This document shows positions 1-10,733 of a DNA stretch of 64,000 nt, in pieces. This DNA is from Candidatus Latescibacterota bacterium (GTDB taxonomy: Bacteria > Latescibacterota > UBA2968 > GCA-2709665): assembly GCA_965237675.1 (NCBI GenBank), contig OZ250150.1:1312001-1376000 (forward strand), in the 5' to 3' direction. Numbering within the stretch: the first letter of the stretch is position 1; every line of letters starts with the position of its first letter. The position numbers and the translations under genes were made by a program. The notes under the pieces were generated by a model that saw nothing but the letters and a program-made list of their open reading frames with translations, was not told where the DNA came from and searched no databases.

Positions 1-2
1 AG

Positions 3-1742
3 GTCTTCAAGATGGCGGCGGAGTTGCTTTCTCTCTACGCGGAGCGTAAGGCGACTCCCGGCACGGAATTTTCGGATGACACAGCGCTCCAGGGAGCCCT
101 TGAAGCCTCGTTTCCATTCCAGGAAACGAGGGATCAGCTTCACACGATTCAGGATGTCAAAAAGGACATGGAACATTCGGCGCCGATGGATCGACTGGTG
201 TGCGGCGACGTGGGATATGGTAAGACCGAAGTGGCGGTACGTGCTGCGTTCAAGGCCGTGGCCGATGGAAAGCAGGTTGCGGTTCTGGCGCCAACGACCA
301 TTCTCGCGCAGCAACACTTCCGGACGTTCAGGGAGCGAATGGACGGCCTACCCGTTACCGTCGAAGTGTTGAGCCGCTTCCGCACGCCGAAAGAGCAACG
401 GATGGCGCTCAACGGCCTCGCGGCCGGACGGGTGGATGTTGTGGTCGGTACGCACCGCCTTCTGTCGCAGGACGTTCAGTTTCGGGATCTCGGGTTGCTC
501 GTGATCGATGAAGAGCACCGGTTCGGCGTACGACATAAGGAGCGACTCAAGCAGATACGGCGGCAGGTGGATGTGCTGACGCTGACCGCCACGCCGATTC
601 CCAGGACGCTTCACATGTCCTTGATGGGAGCCCGGGATATGTCAATCATCCGCACGCCCCCCAAGGACCGGCTGCCGATTACGACCGAAATCCTGCCGTT
701 TGACGAAGAGAGGGTTGCGGAGGCCATTCTGCGGGAGATTGATCGAGGGGGGCAGGTGTATTTTGTCCACAACAGGGTGCGGTCGATGCCAGCCATCGTG
801 AATTTTCTCGAGCAGCTTGTCCCACAGGTGCGGTTTGGGGTGGCCCATGGACAGATGCCGGAAAGACAACTCGAAAAGGTGATGATGGATTTTCTTGACA
901 GCAGGTACGACTGCCTGGTTTCCACGATGATTATCGAGTCGGGGTTGGATATTCCGAGTGTGAATACGCTAATTGTAAACCGGGCGGACCGGATGGGGCT
1001 CGCGCAACTCTACCAGCTCCGCGGCCGCGTGGGCCGATCCACGCAGCAGGCGTATGCGTATCTGCTGATTCCTTCGTGGAAATCACTGAAGAAGCCGGCG
1101 GTCCGCCGCCTGCGCGCGATAGAAGAATTCGCGGATCTGGGTTCCGGGTTCAATATCTCGATGCGAGACATGGAGATCCGCGGGACAGGCAATCTTCTGG
1201 GCGCGCAGCAACATGGGCATATTACGGCGGTTGGTTTCGAGCTCTATTGCCGGTTGCTGGATGAGGCGATCGCTCAGAACCTTGGGAATGAGGCCGAACC
1301 TGCGGCCGAGCCGGAGGTTCAGGTGGCCGTATCCGCGTATATTCCGGAGGTGTATATATCAGACGAAGATCTGAAGATGCAATTTTACCAGCGGCTCAGC
1401 GAGTGCCGGCAGACGGTGGAGGTCCTGGCATTGGAAGAGGAATTGGAGGATCGGTTCGGTCCGTTACCGGGGCCCACGACGGCCCTTCTGGATACAATCA
1501 TGGTGCGGATACTGGCACGGCAGCTTCGGGCGGATACGGTAAGGACAGGTCGAACTCTGGCGGTCAAATTTCCGAAGGATAGGATGTTGACACGGAAGCA
1601 GGTGGAGGACTGGGTGGCGGCTGCGCCCGTACCGCTGCAATTTTCCCTGGGCGACCAGGTGCGCATTGAAGCGGAGTTGGAGGGCAACGGCCCTGGCGAA
1701 CGCCTTGCAAATGCCAAAAAGGTGTTGCAGAGCCTCGTTTGA
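3..1742 (+). CDS. mfd: Transcription-repair coupling factor, 5'-truncated by window edge
   Basis: Motifs [35 protein letters not shown] and C-terminal TRCF domain; the frame is open back to the window start. Confidence 0.97.
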   Translation, partial: VFKMAAELLSLYAERKATPGTEFSDDTALQGALEASFPFQETRDQLHTIQDVKKDMEHSAPMDRLVCGDVGYGKTEVAVRAAFKAVADGKQVAVLAPTTILAQQHFRTFRERMDGLPVTVEVLSRFRTPKEQRMALNGLAAGRVDVVVGTHRLLSQDVQFRDLGLLVIDEEHRFGVRHKERLKQIRRQVDVLTLTATPIPRTLHMSLMGARDMSIIRTPPKDRLPITTEILPFDEERVAEAILREIDRGGQVYFVHNRVRSMPAIVNFLEQLVPQVRFGVAHGQMPERQLEKVMMDFLDSRYDCLVSTMIIESGLDIPSVNTLIVNRADRMGLAQLYQLRGRVGRSTQQAYAYLLIPSWKSLKKPAVRRLRAIEEFADLGSGFNISMRDMEIRGTGNLLGAQQHGHITAVGFELYCRLLDEAIAQNLGNEAEPAAEPEVQVAVSAYIPEVYISDEDLKMQFYQRLSECRQTVEVLALEEELEDRFGPLPGPTTALLDTIMVRILARQLRADTVRTGRTLAVKFPKDRMLTRKQVEDWVAAAPVPLQFSLGDQVRIEAELEGNGPGERLANAKKVLQSLV

Positions 1743-1799
1743 GCGCATATATTCTCGTGTGAACGCGGAACCATACGATGCTCGGGCAGTCAGCTATAA

Positions 1800-1961
1800 G
1801 AAGCTGTCTTAAAACCCCCAGCGGTCTTCGCGCGGCTGCAAAAGCGTCGGTCGGCGTTGGTCAAACCCACCCGTATCTTTTGATAGGAGCGGGTTCTCCC
1901 GCCTTGACCGACACATTTTCGCTCGCGCTCGGGAACTCGCCAGGAATTTTAAAACAGCTTC
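1800..1961. mobile_element. MITE-like element (162 bp)
   Basis: Terminal IR GAAGCTGTCTTAAAA / TTTTAAAACAGCTTC (1 mismatch) with TAA on both flanks; the left end recurs inverted at 10687-10733. Confidence 0.65.
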
Positions 1962-2036
1962 TAAGGGCGACGGGTTGAAAATATGCGATCGCCGTGAGGC
2001 CGTGGAGACGTTTCGGACATTCGGAGACAATACATT

Positions 2037-3338
2037 ATGGTTACAAACCTTGCAAAAGGTGTGTGTGGCACCTTGGTCGCGGCTCTGGTGTTGATTTGCA
2101 CGGCGGGCGCCGCGGCGAAACCACAACTCCTCGATCAGATTGTGGCGGTGGTGGACGATCAGATCGTGTTGCGTTCTGACGTGATGTCGAACATGGCGCT
2201 GGTTGCAATGCAGCAGGGGCTGAGCCAGGAGGAACTCACGCCGGATAGGGTCAGTGAGATGTTCGAGCTTATTCTGGGAAACATGATCCAGGAAAAACTC
2301 CTGCTGGCCAAGGCGGAAGAGGACAGCATTGAGGTGGACGGGGAGGTAATCGAACGCGCGGTCCGGTCCCGCGTCCGGGAACTCAAGGCGGAGCATGGCG
2401 AAGAAGTGTTTGCCAGCCAGCTTGCCGAAGGCGGCGTATCGGAACGGGATCTTCGCGAACAGTTTCGGCAGGAGTTTCGGAAGGATTTTTTGCGGCAGCG
2501 GATGTACACACACCTGAACCAACAGGTCGAAGTGTCGTTCAAGGACGTTCAGGATTATCTGACGCGGTATCAGGACCGGCTTCCGCCGTTGGTGAGTATC
2601 AGTCATATTCTGGTGGCAATCGAAGCATCCGACGATCGCGATGCGGAGGTCAGGGCGCAGGCAGACGCGATCATTGACCGCTTGCGAAAAGGCGAAGATT
2701 TCCCAGGATTGGCACAGCAGTATTCGAGCGACATGGGAAGCAGGGAAGATGGCGGCGACCTGGGTTTTTTTCCGCGCGGAACCATGGTTCCGGCGTTTGA
2801 GGAGGCGGCTTTCGCGCTACGGCCCGGGGAGATCAGTACGCCGGTCAAGACGAAGTTCGGTTACCACATCATCAAGGTGGAAGCGGTGGCCGGCGACCAG
2901 GTACGGGCACGGCACATTCTTATTCCGTTGCAGTCCTCGGCACGGGATGTGAAGACGGCCTACGACAGGGCGTTGGAATTGGCAAAAAAGGCACAGGCGG
3001 GAGAGGATTTCGCGGAATTGGCTCGAAAACATTCCACGCATGAGGAGACGGCCCAAAAGGGCGGGCGGCTTCCCGGGCTGAACACGCCAGAAAACTTACC
3101 AGCCGAATTCTCGGATGTCCTGAAAACCATGCGCATGGGCGAAGTGAGCGCGCCGATTCAGACGGAGTACGGATGGCATGTCGTAAAGGTGAATGACGAC
3201 CAGGGCGTCGTTAAGGAAATCATACAACAGGAGCGCCTGCAAGAGCGGTTTGAAGCGGTGCTCGCGGAAACACGGGCTCGTCTTTACGTGGAGGTTCGGC
3301 CGTACGATTTGGGGTACGGTAGCCCGTCACAAAAATGA
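2037..3338 (+). CDS. surA: SurA-like peptidyl-prolyl isomerase chaperone
   Basis: Signal peptide, DQIVAVVDDQIVL SurA N-domain, two parvulin domains (SHIL...GGDLGFF...FGYHIIK); follows mfd. Confidence 0.88.
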   Translation: MVTNLAKGVCGTLVAALVLICTAGAAAKPQLLDQIVAVVDDQIVLRSDVMSNMALVAMQQGLSQEELTPDRVSEMFELILGNMIQEKLLLAKAEEDSIEVDGEVIERAVRSRVRELKAEHGEEVFASQLAEGGVSERDLREQFRQEFRKDFLRQRMYTHLNQQVEVSFKDVQDYLTRYQDRLPPLVSISHILVAIEASDDRDAEVRAQADAIIDRLRKGEDFPGLAQQYSSDMGSREDGGDLGFFPRGTMVPAFEEAAFALRPGEISTPVKTKFGYHIIKVEAVAGDQVRARHILIPLQSSARDVKTAYDRALELAKKAQAGEDFAELARKHSTHEETAQKGGRLPGLNTPENLPAEFSDVLKTMRMGEVSAPIQTEYGWHVVKVNDDQGVVKEIIQQERLQERFEAVLAETRARLYVEVRPYDLGYGSPSQK

Positions 3339-3446
3339 CGGCCCCTGCAGCCGCGGTGCCATCCTTGACGGTCCGTGTCCTGCGCCGCCGGATCGGGTAC
3401 CGGGAAGTTCCTGAATTCGGCATCGACAACGAGCGTTTAATTCGAT

Positions 3447-3719
3447 ATGCGGCTGGATATATTCTTAAAGCGATGTTGTTTGGTGCGGCGACGGATCGAG
3501 GCAAAGCGCGCCTGCGAGAACGGGATCGTGATGCTTGACGGGCGGCGGGCGAAAGCGGGGCAGGCCGTTGGGCCCGGTAAACGGGTCAGCATCTCCTTTC
3601 TGGATCGGTACCTGGAACTGGAAGTTCTCAAGCTGCCCAACGGGAATGTCTCCAGGGCGGACGCCAGATCATATTACGAAGTGCTTCGGGACGAGGCGCG
3701 TGAGGTCACCGACTTCTAG
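3447..3719 (+). CDS. S4-domain RNA-binding protein (Hsp15/YabO-like)
   Basis: MRLDIFLK...RRIEAKRAC..G.V..DGRRAKAG S4 signature. Confidence 0.85.
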   Translation: MRLDIFLKRCCLVRRRIEAKRACENGIVMLDGRRAKAGQAVGPGKRVSISFLDRYLELEVLKLPNGNVSRADARSYYEVLRDEAREVTDF

Positions 3720-3754
3720 ACGGCATCCGAAGCCAGGACGTCAGGCCGGCGAGT

Positions 3755-3783
3755 CCAGCCCGAGATGGGCTGGGCATTTTTTT
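3755..3783 (+). terminator. Intrinsic terminator
   Basis: CCAGCCC-GAGAT-GGGCTGG stem-loop followed closely by a T7 run. Confidence 0.6.
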
Positions 3784-3856
3784 GGAGCATAACCGGTGTC
3801 GGACAAAAGCGGGCTTGTCGTTTGCCCTTTCCCTGTGACCTGTTTATATTGAATTT

Positions 3857-4672
3857 ATGTTCGGAAGAAAAAAAGACAAATGCAAGGCGCAACCCTACAC
3901 CCGGCTTGCGGCGATATATGATTTTGTGATGCGGCATGTGGATTATGTGCATTGGGCGGATTACGTGGAGTCCGTGTTCGCTCGACATAACGTGACGCCG
4001 ACGCGGGTGCTCGATCTCGCATGCGGTACGGGCAGTATGGCATTGGAATTGCGGAAGCGGTCATATTGCGCTTCCGGGGCGGACGGTTGCCGGGAAATGC
4101 TGGACGTGGCGGAAGAGAAAGCACGAAAGGCGGGGTGCAATGTGGATTTTTTCCATAGAAACCTGCTGGACCTGTCAGACCTGCCGCGGTTCGAAGCGGC
4201 GCTTTGCCTGTACGATAGCATAAATTATCTGATGACGATTGAGGATGTCGCCCGGGCATTGAAGGAGGTCCACGCGATTCTGTTGCCGCACGGCGTCTTC
4301 GTATTCGACGTTTGTACCGAGACGAACTCGCTGCGGTATTTTCGAAGGCTGACGGATAAAGACAGCGGCGATGGGTTTACCTACGTCCGCGAGAGCTTCT
4401 ACAGGAACGGGATCCAATTCAATCGATTTAACATCCGGTTCAAGCAGACGAATGAGGCCGTGGAAGAGGTGCATTGCCAGCGTATATATGCCCTGACGGA
4501 TATATTAACCGCGCTGGAGCGGTCTCCGTTTTCGCTGGAAGGAGCCTACGACGGATTCGGCTTTTGCGAGCCCGGCGAGGGGGCGGATCGAGTGCATTTC
4601 GTGCTGAGGAAGGTCGGCTCGGATGGCGCAATTGGGCCCGGGAAACGTGGCGCAGGGCCCGCGGCCGGATGA
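3857..4672 (+). CDS. Class I SAM-dependent methyltransferase
   Basis: VLDLACGTG motif I; DSINYL; GVFVFD. Confidence 0.9.
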   Translation: MFGRKKDKCKAQPYTRLAAIYDFVMRHVDYVHWADYVESVFARHNVTPTRVLDLACGTGSMALELRKRSYCASGADGCREMLDVAEEKARKAGCNVDFFHRNLLDLSDLPRFEAALCLYDSINYLMTIEDVARALKEVHAILLPHGVFVFDVCTETNSLRYFRRLTDKDSGDGFTYVRESFYRNGIQFNRFNIRFKQTNEAVEEVHCQRIYALTDILTALERSPFSLEGAYDGFGFCEPGEGADRVHFVLRKVGSDGAIGPGKRGAGPAAG

Positions 4673-4684
4673 GAATGCGATAGA

Positions 4685-5302
4685 ATGCCGCCGCGTTCGG
4701 TTGTCAAGCGGCGCACGCTCGCACTGCTGGCGGACGTTGAGCTGATGCATAAACGCTCGGTTCGCCCCGGTGCACTGTCCGGTGGCGAGCAACAGCAATT
4801 GGCGATCGCCCGTGCCCTGGCAAATGAACCGTTTGTACTGCTGGCGGACGAGCCCACTGCAAACCTGGATCCGGAGACGACGGATCTGGTAATGCAAACA
4901 TTGGCCGAGGTTCAGGCGCGAGGAACAACGGTCCTGATGGCGACGCACAACGAGGCCCTGGTGTCGCGGCACCGGCGAAGGGTGCTGCTGCTGGAGGACG
5001 GGCGGATTTCGGGCGCCCTGAGGTTGCAGGCCGTGCGGCACGAACGTCAGAAGGCCCTGTTGAATGTCAAACGGAAAACCGAGGATCGGCTGGCAATCCG
5101 CGTTAGGCGGCGGGAGTCTGAACTGAAACGGCTTCGGGTCGATGCGGACGCTGGCGCGGAGGCGGTTCGAAAGACGAAGGCGGCCGTACTCGGAACGGTG
5201 GGCAGCACCGGTCGGATAGACGGTATTCCGCAACTCCATTTTGAGATTATGCGGGGCAAGGAGCCGATCAATCCGGTGCGGTGGCTTGCGAAGAGTCAAT
5301 AA
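4685..5302 (+). pseudogene. Chimeric relic: FtsE C-terminal half, coiled coil and M23 (EnvC-like) C-terminus
   Basis: LSGGEQQ, LLADEPTANLD and MATHN are present but Walker A is absent; ends GTVGSTG..PQLHFEI.RGKEPINPVRWL. Confidence 0.7.
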
Positions 5303-5336
5303 TTGTGATTCGTTGAGACCGTCCTGAAACTGTGCT

Positions 5337-6296
5337 ATGGATTATACCGAGGCCAGATCCTTCTTCGAGCCGGAAGAACCGTATCTGCTTTCAACCCACG
5401 TGCATGCGGACGGCGATGGGATTGGCAGCCTTCTGGCGTTGAGGGAAATGCTGGTCCAGAAGGATCGGGTGTGTCGGCTTGTGGTTAGCGACGAGACCTT
5501 GAATCCGAAATTTGCTTTTCTCCCGGGATTTGAGCATATTGAGTTATACAGGTCTCTTGCGGATCGACCGGCTATTAACCGTGCGGTATTTGTGGACACG
5601 CCCACACTCGACCCTCGGCGAGTGGGCGACGTGGGTCGCCTGCTCGGTGAGGACGCTCGCACGATGATTATCGATCATCACGCGAGCCGGGGATCGGAGG
5701 GCGACGTCCGGATCATCGACCGTACGGCCAGTGCGGCCAGTGAACTGGTTTACGGGTTGCTTCTGGCGGAGGGAACGGCGATCGATCCGGCGATTGCCAC
5801 CCAGATTTATGCGGGAATCGCTTTCGATACCAAGCTCTTCAGGTTCTCCCATCCGGAAAGGGCGCTAAAGGTCTGCAGCGAACTTGTGGAATTCGGCGCG
5901 GATCCGGAGGCGATCGCCGATGCATTGTTCGCCCGGGAGAGCTATGAAACGATGATTACGCTCGCGGCCGCGTTGGGCTCCCTGGAGCTTCATTTCGACG
6001 GGCGCGTGAACACCCTCGTCGTGGACCACGGGACTTACAGGAAGGGCGGCGATCTGGATCCGGTGGTTGACCATGCCATGGCAATTGACGGGATCCAGGC
6101 GGCGTTGTTTTTTAAAGAGGAGGCGCCCGGACGGTTTCGCGTGAGCCTGCGTTCCCGGGGAATGGTGGATGTGAACCGCATCGCGCTGTCGTTTGGCGGC
6201 GGCGGGCACCGTCGGGCGTCGGGGTGCAAGATTGAAAAGCCGATTGAAGAGGCAAAACGATTGTTGTTGGCCGAGGTAAAGAAGCAGTTGAAATGA
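5337..6296 (+). CDS. nrnA: DHH/DHHA1 oligoribonuclease / pAp phosphatase
   Basis: H..ADGDGIGS, IIDHH, SLRS, FGGGGH motifs. Confidence 0.9.
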   Translation: MDYTEARSFFEPEEPYLLSTHVHADGDGIGSLLALREMLVQKDRVCRLVVSDETLNPKFAFLPGFEHIELYRSLADRPAINRAVFVDTPTLDPRRVGDVGRLLGEDARTMIIDHHASRGSEGDVRIIDRTASAASELVYGLLLAEGTAIDPAIATQIYAGIAFDTKLFRFSHPERALKVCSELVEFGADPEAIADALFARESYETMITLAAALGSLELHFDGRVNTLVVDHGTYRKGGDLDPVVDHAMAIDGIQAALFFKEEAPGRFRVSLRSRGMVDVNRIALSFGGGGHRRASGCKIEKPIEEAKRLLLAEVKKQLK

Positions 6297-7258
6297 ATGG
6301 CGACCGCCAATCGACGAGGCGCCCGGAGGAGGAGGAAGGTCATTCGCCGATGGATTTGATTACGCTCAAGGCATGGTCGACGGAGGATGTCCTGGATACA
6401 GTGGAAGCGGGTCTGTTGATGAAGGCAGACCCGAAACGGTTTTCGGGATCGTTGCGGGGCCGAACGCTGTCGATGTTGTTTCAGAAACCGTCTACGCGGA
6501 CCCGATGTTCGTTTGAAACGGGGATGTACCAGTTGGGCGGGCATGCGGTAAACCTGGATTGGCGCGCCACCAATTTCCAGTTGGCGGATCTCCAGGACGA
6601 AGCGCAGGTGCTTTCCCGTTATTCAAACGCAATTATGGCCCGGATGTTGAAGCATACCGACCTTTTGCAACTTGTCGCCGGGGCCGAGGTTCCGGTCATC
6701 AATGGGTGTTGCGATCGGTACCATCCATGCCAGGCACTTGGTGATTTGATGACGATCCGGGAGATCCGGGGGAAACTGGACGGCGCCCATCTGGTTTACG
6801 TGGGCATCCGGAACAACGTGTGCAATTCGCTGATTGCAGGTTGTACCAAAGCCGGGGTGCGAATCACGTCGGTGACGCCGGAGGTGAACAAACCTTCCGA
6901 TGATGAAGAACTCACCGAACAGGCACGAAAGACGGGTCTTTTTGAGGAGACCCTGGATCTGCAGGTGGCGGTGACCGAGGCGGATTTTCTTTATACGGAT
7001 ACCTGGATCGACATGGAATATTTCGAAGATCCTGGGTATGAAGCAGAGAAGAAGCGACGCGTTGAGGCATTTTCTCCGTATCAGATAAATGCGGACTTGC
7101 TGGACAAGACCGGAGCGCTCGTCATGCATTGCCTGCCCGCACACAAAGGGTACGAGTTGACGGCGGAGGTGATGGCGAGCCCAAGATGCGTGGCGGTGGA
7201 TCAGGCGGAAAACAGGATGCACGTCCAAAAGGCGATTCTGACGCGGTTGCTCGGATAG
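6293..7258 (+). CDS. argF: Ornithine carbamoyltransferase
   Basis: FQKPSTRTR, HPCQ, HCLP, QAENR motifs; the true start may be the internal MDLITL. Confidence 0.9.
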   Translation: MNGDRQSTRRPEEEEGHSPMDLITLKAWSTEDVLDTVEAGLLMKADPKRFSGSLRGRTLSMLFQKPSTRTRCSFETGMYQLGGHAVNLDWRATNFQLADLQDEAQVLSRYSNAIMARMLKHTDLLQLVAGAEVPVINGCCDRYHPCQALGDLMTIREIRGKLDGAHLVYVGIRNNVCNSLIAGCTKAGVRITSVTPEVNKPSDDEELTEQARKTGLFEETLDLQVAVTEADFLYTDTWIDMEYFEDPGYEAEKKRRVEAFSPYQINADLLDKTGALVMHCLPAHKGYELTAEVMASPRCVAVDQAENRMHVQKAILTRLLG

Positions 7259-7296
7259 CGGCGCCACCCACACGCGGCAGGGGAGTATGGATCGGC

Positions 7297-7932
7297 GTGG
7301 CCGGACTGTTTATTACGTTTGAAGGCATCGACAGGAGCGGGAAAACCACGCAGGCCGAACGGTTGGTAGAGCGTCTTGGCGCGGAGGGCCTGGCCGTAGT
7401 GTTCACCCTGGAGCCGGGCGGCACCGGGCTGGGCCGGAAGGTTCGCAGTCTGGTGCTGGCGCGTCGATCGGAGGTGGATCCCGCCGCCGAGATGCTGTTG
7501 TTCGCGGCCGATCGGGCTCAGCATGTCAACACGGTCATCCGGCCTGCGCTGTTGGAGGGGAAAGTGGTGGTTTCAGATCGCTATGTCGATTCGACGGTCG
7601 TCTATCAGGGTTATGGGCGTGGGTTGGATCTGGATCGGATCCGGGCGGTTCAGGAGGTGGCCACCGGGGGGCTCAGGCCGGACTTGACCGTTTGGATCGA
7701 CATGGATCTCGAAACGGCTAAACAGCGGTGGATACCTGGAGATGCGGACCGGCTCGAGGTGGCTGGCGATGCGTTTTTCGATCGGGTAAGGGGAGGGTAT
7801 CGAAAGATGTGGCTGGCGGAACCTGAGCGTGTTTTTCGGGTTGACGGCCGGCTCCCGGTCGAGGATCTGGCGTGCCGCATCTACACCGAGACCCATCGAC
7901 GGCTGGCAGGCGCGGCCCGGTCGAACGCGTGA
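7297..7932 (+). CDS. tmk: Thymidylate kinase
   Basis: FITFEGIDRSGKTTQ, LLFAADRAQH, DRYVDS..YQG; GTG start chosen downstream of the argF stop. Confidence 0.93.
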   Translation: MAGLFITFEGIDRSGKTTQAERLVERLGAEGLAVVFTLEPGGTGLGRKVRSLVLARRSEVDPAAEMLLFAADRAQHVNTVIRPALLEGKVVVSDRYVDSTVVYQGYGRGLDLDRIRAVQEVATGGLRPDLTVWIDMDLETAKQRWIPGDADRLEVAGDAFFDRVRGGYRKMWLAEPERVFRVDGRLPVEDLACRIYTETHRRLAGAARSNA

Positions 7933-8074
7933 TATTCAGGAGATGTGGCCGCATGGGTGGATACCCCGGCGCCTGCCTGTGCGTGCTGCCTCACGCACGC
8001 AGACAGGGAAGAATGGTGACATATTTCTGGGACAGGACACTGGCCGCAGCGCTGCGGAATAGCGGGACCAGACA

Positions 8075-10012
8075 ATGCGGAGGCGGAATATGAGCGGACG
8101 GAAACGCAAACGACTTTGGGTAGGATTGGGGCTAATCGGCCTCTTGGGGACCTGCCTGGTTCTGGACTCGCGGCTTGTCAAAGGGGAAGACGGGTACGCC
8201 ACTGTTTCACGTAGTATAGACGAATACGCCGAAACGCTGAAACTGCTGACGACAAGCTACTATAAACCCCTGGCATCCGACTCGCTCACGACGTCCGCCA
8301 TTGAAGGCATGCTGGACGCACTGGATCCGTATACGCAAATCCTCAATCGGCGCGGTTTCGAAGATCTTATGATCGATACCCGGGGCAAATTTGGCGGTTT
8401 GGGCATCACCATCAGCACCATGAAGAAGAATGGCGTCGAAGTGCCCGTCGTTCTGAGTGTGATCGAAGGTACGCCCGCAGACACGTCCGGACTGGTGGTC
8501 GGCGATCGGATCGTTGCGGTGGATGGCGATCCCACGCTCAATAAGAAATTAGAGGAAGTGGTGGATGTGCTGCGTGGAAGGCCGGGCAATCGGGTCGTGA
8601 TTACAATTGACCGAGCGGGTCAGCCCGAGCCGTTCGACCAGGAGATTATCCGGGCGCACATTCGTGTAAAAAGTGTCGCTAGCATTGTAGGAATTGAAGG
8701 CGGCGTCGGTTACATCGCGATGTCCGGTCTGATTAGCAGCCGGTTCTCGGAAACCACCCCCGCGGAGCTGAAGGCGGCAGTCGATGAACTGAAAGCGAAG
8801 AACATGCAGGGCATTATCCTGGACTTGCGGGGAAATCCGGGCGGGTTGCTGGCGCAGGCCGTCGCGGTTGCCGACGTGTTTCTGGAACCCGGTCTTCTGG
8901 TTGTCACCACCAGGGGCCGGGTGGAATCCCAAAATAAGGAGTACCGTACAAAAGAAGGGTCTCGGGTTAAGGATATTCCACTGGTGGTTCTGGTCAATGC
9001 ACACAGCGCCAGCGCTTCGGAAATTGTTGCGGGCGCGATTCAGGACTCGGACCGCGGCTTAATCCTGGGGGTACCGACCTTTGGAAAGGGATCTGTGCAG
9101 TCCTTCCAGAGGGTTAGCGAGGGAAAAGCGCTGAAATGGACAACGGCCCTCTACTATACGCCCAGCGGGCGGAGCATCCACAAAAACAGACGGTTTGGAC
9201 GGCTGGGCAACCTGGCGCTGAACGTGGGGGACTCTAAGGTGCCTCTGTACCAAACGGTTGCGACGATTGCCGGGGAAGAGAGTCGGGAGGACGCCATCAC
9301 GCGGCTTTTCGAACAGTTCGATCTGGAATCCACAAAGCACGCGGAGGAGCTTTTCGAGATGGAACTGGGGCAGGTGCTGGGGATGGCGTTGAGAGAGGAT
9401 GGCGTTGATTCCGAGTTGTCCGACCCGGCCAGAGCCTTCAAGACCGTTGGGGGGCGCACGGTTTACGGCGGAGGCGGTATCACACCCGACGTGGTGGTGA
9501 AGCCGAAGCGCAGGCCACGGCTTGTACTCGAAATGTACAGAGCCGGACTCTTTTTCGATTTTGCCGTTGAATACGCCGCGCGGAACATGTTTCCGAAGCG
9601 TCCGGAGGGATTTGACGTGGGGGATAAGGAAATCGCCGCGTTCCGGGCATTTCTCGCAGACTCGTCGAATCTCGGGAACTTCAGCCGTTACCGAACGCCG
9701 GCCGGAAACGAACTCGAGAGTCTGACCCGGGCGCTGGCGTCCGCAGGCCTGGAGGCGAATGCGGGCCAGGCATTGGAAGTCCTGCGGAACGTTGTTGAAA
9801 CGGAACGGGAGGCGGAATTTGAAGAGGCCGAACCGTTTATCATGCTGGAAATAGGCAGGCAACTGGGAAATCGGGTCTGGGGCAAGAAGGGGCGTATTCT
9901 GGCGCGGCTAAGGGGTGATGAGCAGTATCGTGAGGCCGTCCGGATTCTCAAAGATCCCGAACGGTACAGAAAGAGCATGAAGTTGGCGCTTGCCGGAGAG
10001 AGCGGGCCCTGA
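8075..10012 (+). CDS. ctpA: S41 C-terminal processing protease with PDZ domain
   Basis: LDPYT, FGGLGI, DLRGNPGG, SASASEI, TFGKGSVQ, YYTPSGRSI, GITPD. Confidence 0.92.
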   Translation: MRRRNMSGRKRKRLWVGLGLIGLLGTCLVLDSRLVKGEDGYATVSRSIDEYAETLKLLTTSYYKPLASDSLTTSAIEGMLDALDPYTQILNRRGFEDLMIDTRGKFGGLGITISTMKKNGVEVPVVLSVIEGTPADTSGLVVGDRIVAVDGDPTLNKKLEEVVDVLRGRPGNRVVITIDRAGQPEPFDQEIIRAHIRVKSVASIVGIEGGVGYIAMSGLISSRFSETTPAELKAAVDELKAKNMQGIILDLRGNPGGLLAQAVAVADVFLEPGLLVVTTRGRVESQNKEYRTKEGSRVKDIPLVVLVNAHSASASEIVAGAIQDSDRGLILGVPTFGKGSVQSFQRVSEGKALKWTTALYYTPSGRSIHKNRRFGRLGNLALNVGDSKVPLYQTVATIAGEESREDAITRLFEQFDLESTKHAEELFEMELGQVLGMALREDGVDSELSDPARAFKTVGGRTVYGGGGITPDVVVKPKRRPRLVLEMYRAGLFFDFAVEYAARNMFPKRPEGFDVGDKEIAAFRAFLADSSNLGNFSRYRTPAGNELESLTRALASAGLEANAGQALEVLRNVVETEREAEFEEAEPFIMLEIGRQLGNRVWGKKGRILARLRGDEQYREAVRILKDPERYRKSMKLALAGESGP

Positions 10013-10131
10013 TCGCGGAACACGTGGCGCAATTCTTATTGGGTTAACGGAAGTGCGTTCCATTGAGACTCCATACGAAAATCGCGAGACGTTTCAGTCT
10101 TGGAGTCCGGGATCCGGCATGGAGTTTTGGC

Positions 10132-10160
10132 TTGCCAATTTTCAATGCGTGGTTTATACT
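10132..10160 (+). promoter_or_regulatory. Sigma70-type promoter
   Basis: TTGCCA-N17-TATACT upstream of the ORF at 10240. Confidence 0.6.
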
Positions 10161-10239
10161 TAGAGCGCTGGATAGAATTCAAGTACTTTAAGAAACAATA
10201 GCTTAGAACGTCGACATCGTCAATGCGTGGGTGGAGATA

Positions 10240-10686
10240 ATGGACGGATCAAACGGCGAACGGGACAATCTTTACGAACAGGTGCTGGAGCACGCCCGGC
10301 GGGAAATAGATGCCTCCGCCTCTCAGGTTGAGGAACTGAGGCGCACGCTCGGCCTTCTTGAAGCACGCGTCGAGGCGGCGAAAGCGGTATACGAGGCCGC
10401 TGCCGCGCGTCTGAATCTGGAAGATGAATCGGATGGTCAGGGTCTTTCGGTTTCGGATACATTGTCATCCGTTCAGGCGCTTCTGTCTGTTGACGAACCC
10501 GCCGTGCCGCGGTCTCGCGCCCGAACCCCGCTGCCCGCCGGGGTGGAGGCCGGGGAACAGAGCGGCGAGTCCGGCGACACGCGAGAACCGTGGCGGCAGC
10601 TGCAGATCGGCGGATCCACCGTGGTTTGGAAAAGAGTGAAGAGGCCGAAGCGGCGTCAGCGCCAGAGCGGGGGCCGGACATCCTGA
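10240..10686 (+). CDS. Hypothetical protein with N-terminal coiled coil
   Basis: GGAG RBS, upstream promoter, heptad-like first 60 aa, low-complexity tail. Confidence 0.6.
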   Translation: MDGSNGERDNLYEQVLEHARREIDASASQVEELRRTLGLLEARVEAAKAVYEAAAARLNLEDESDGQGLSVSDTLSSVQALLSVDEPAVPRSRARTPLPAGVEAGEQSGESGDTREPWRQLQIGGSTVVWKRVKRPKRRQRQSGGRTS

Positions 10687-10733
10687 GCTTTTGCAGCCGC
10701 GCGAAGACCGCCGGGGGTTTTGAGACAGCTTCT
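10687..10733 (-). mobile_element. Solo end of the MITE seen at 1800-1961
   Basis: Reverse complement matches 1799-1845 at 45 of 47 positions. Confidence 0.7.
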
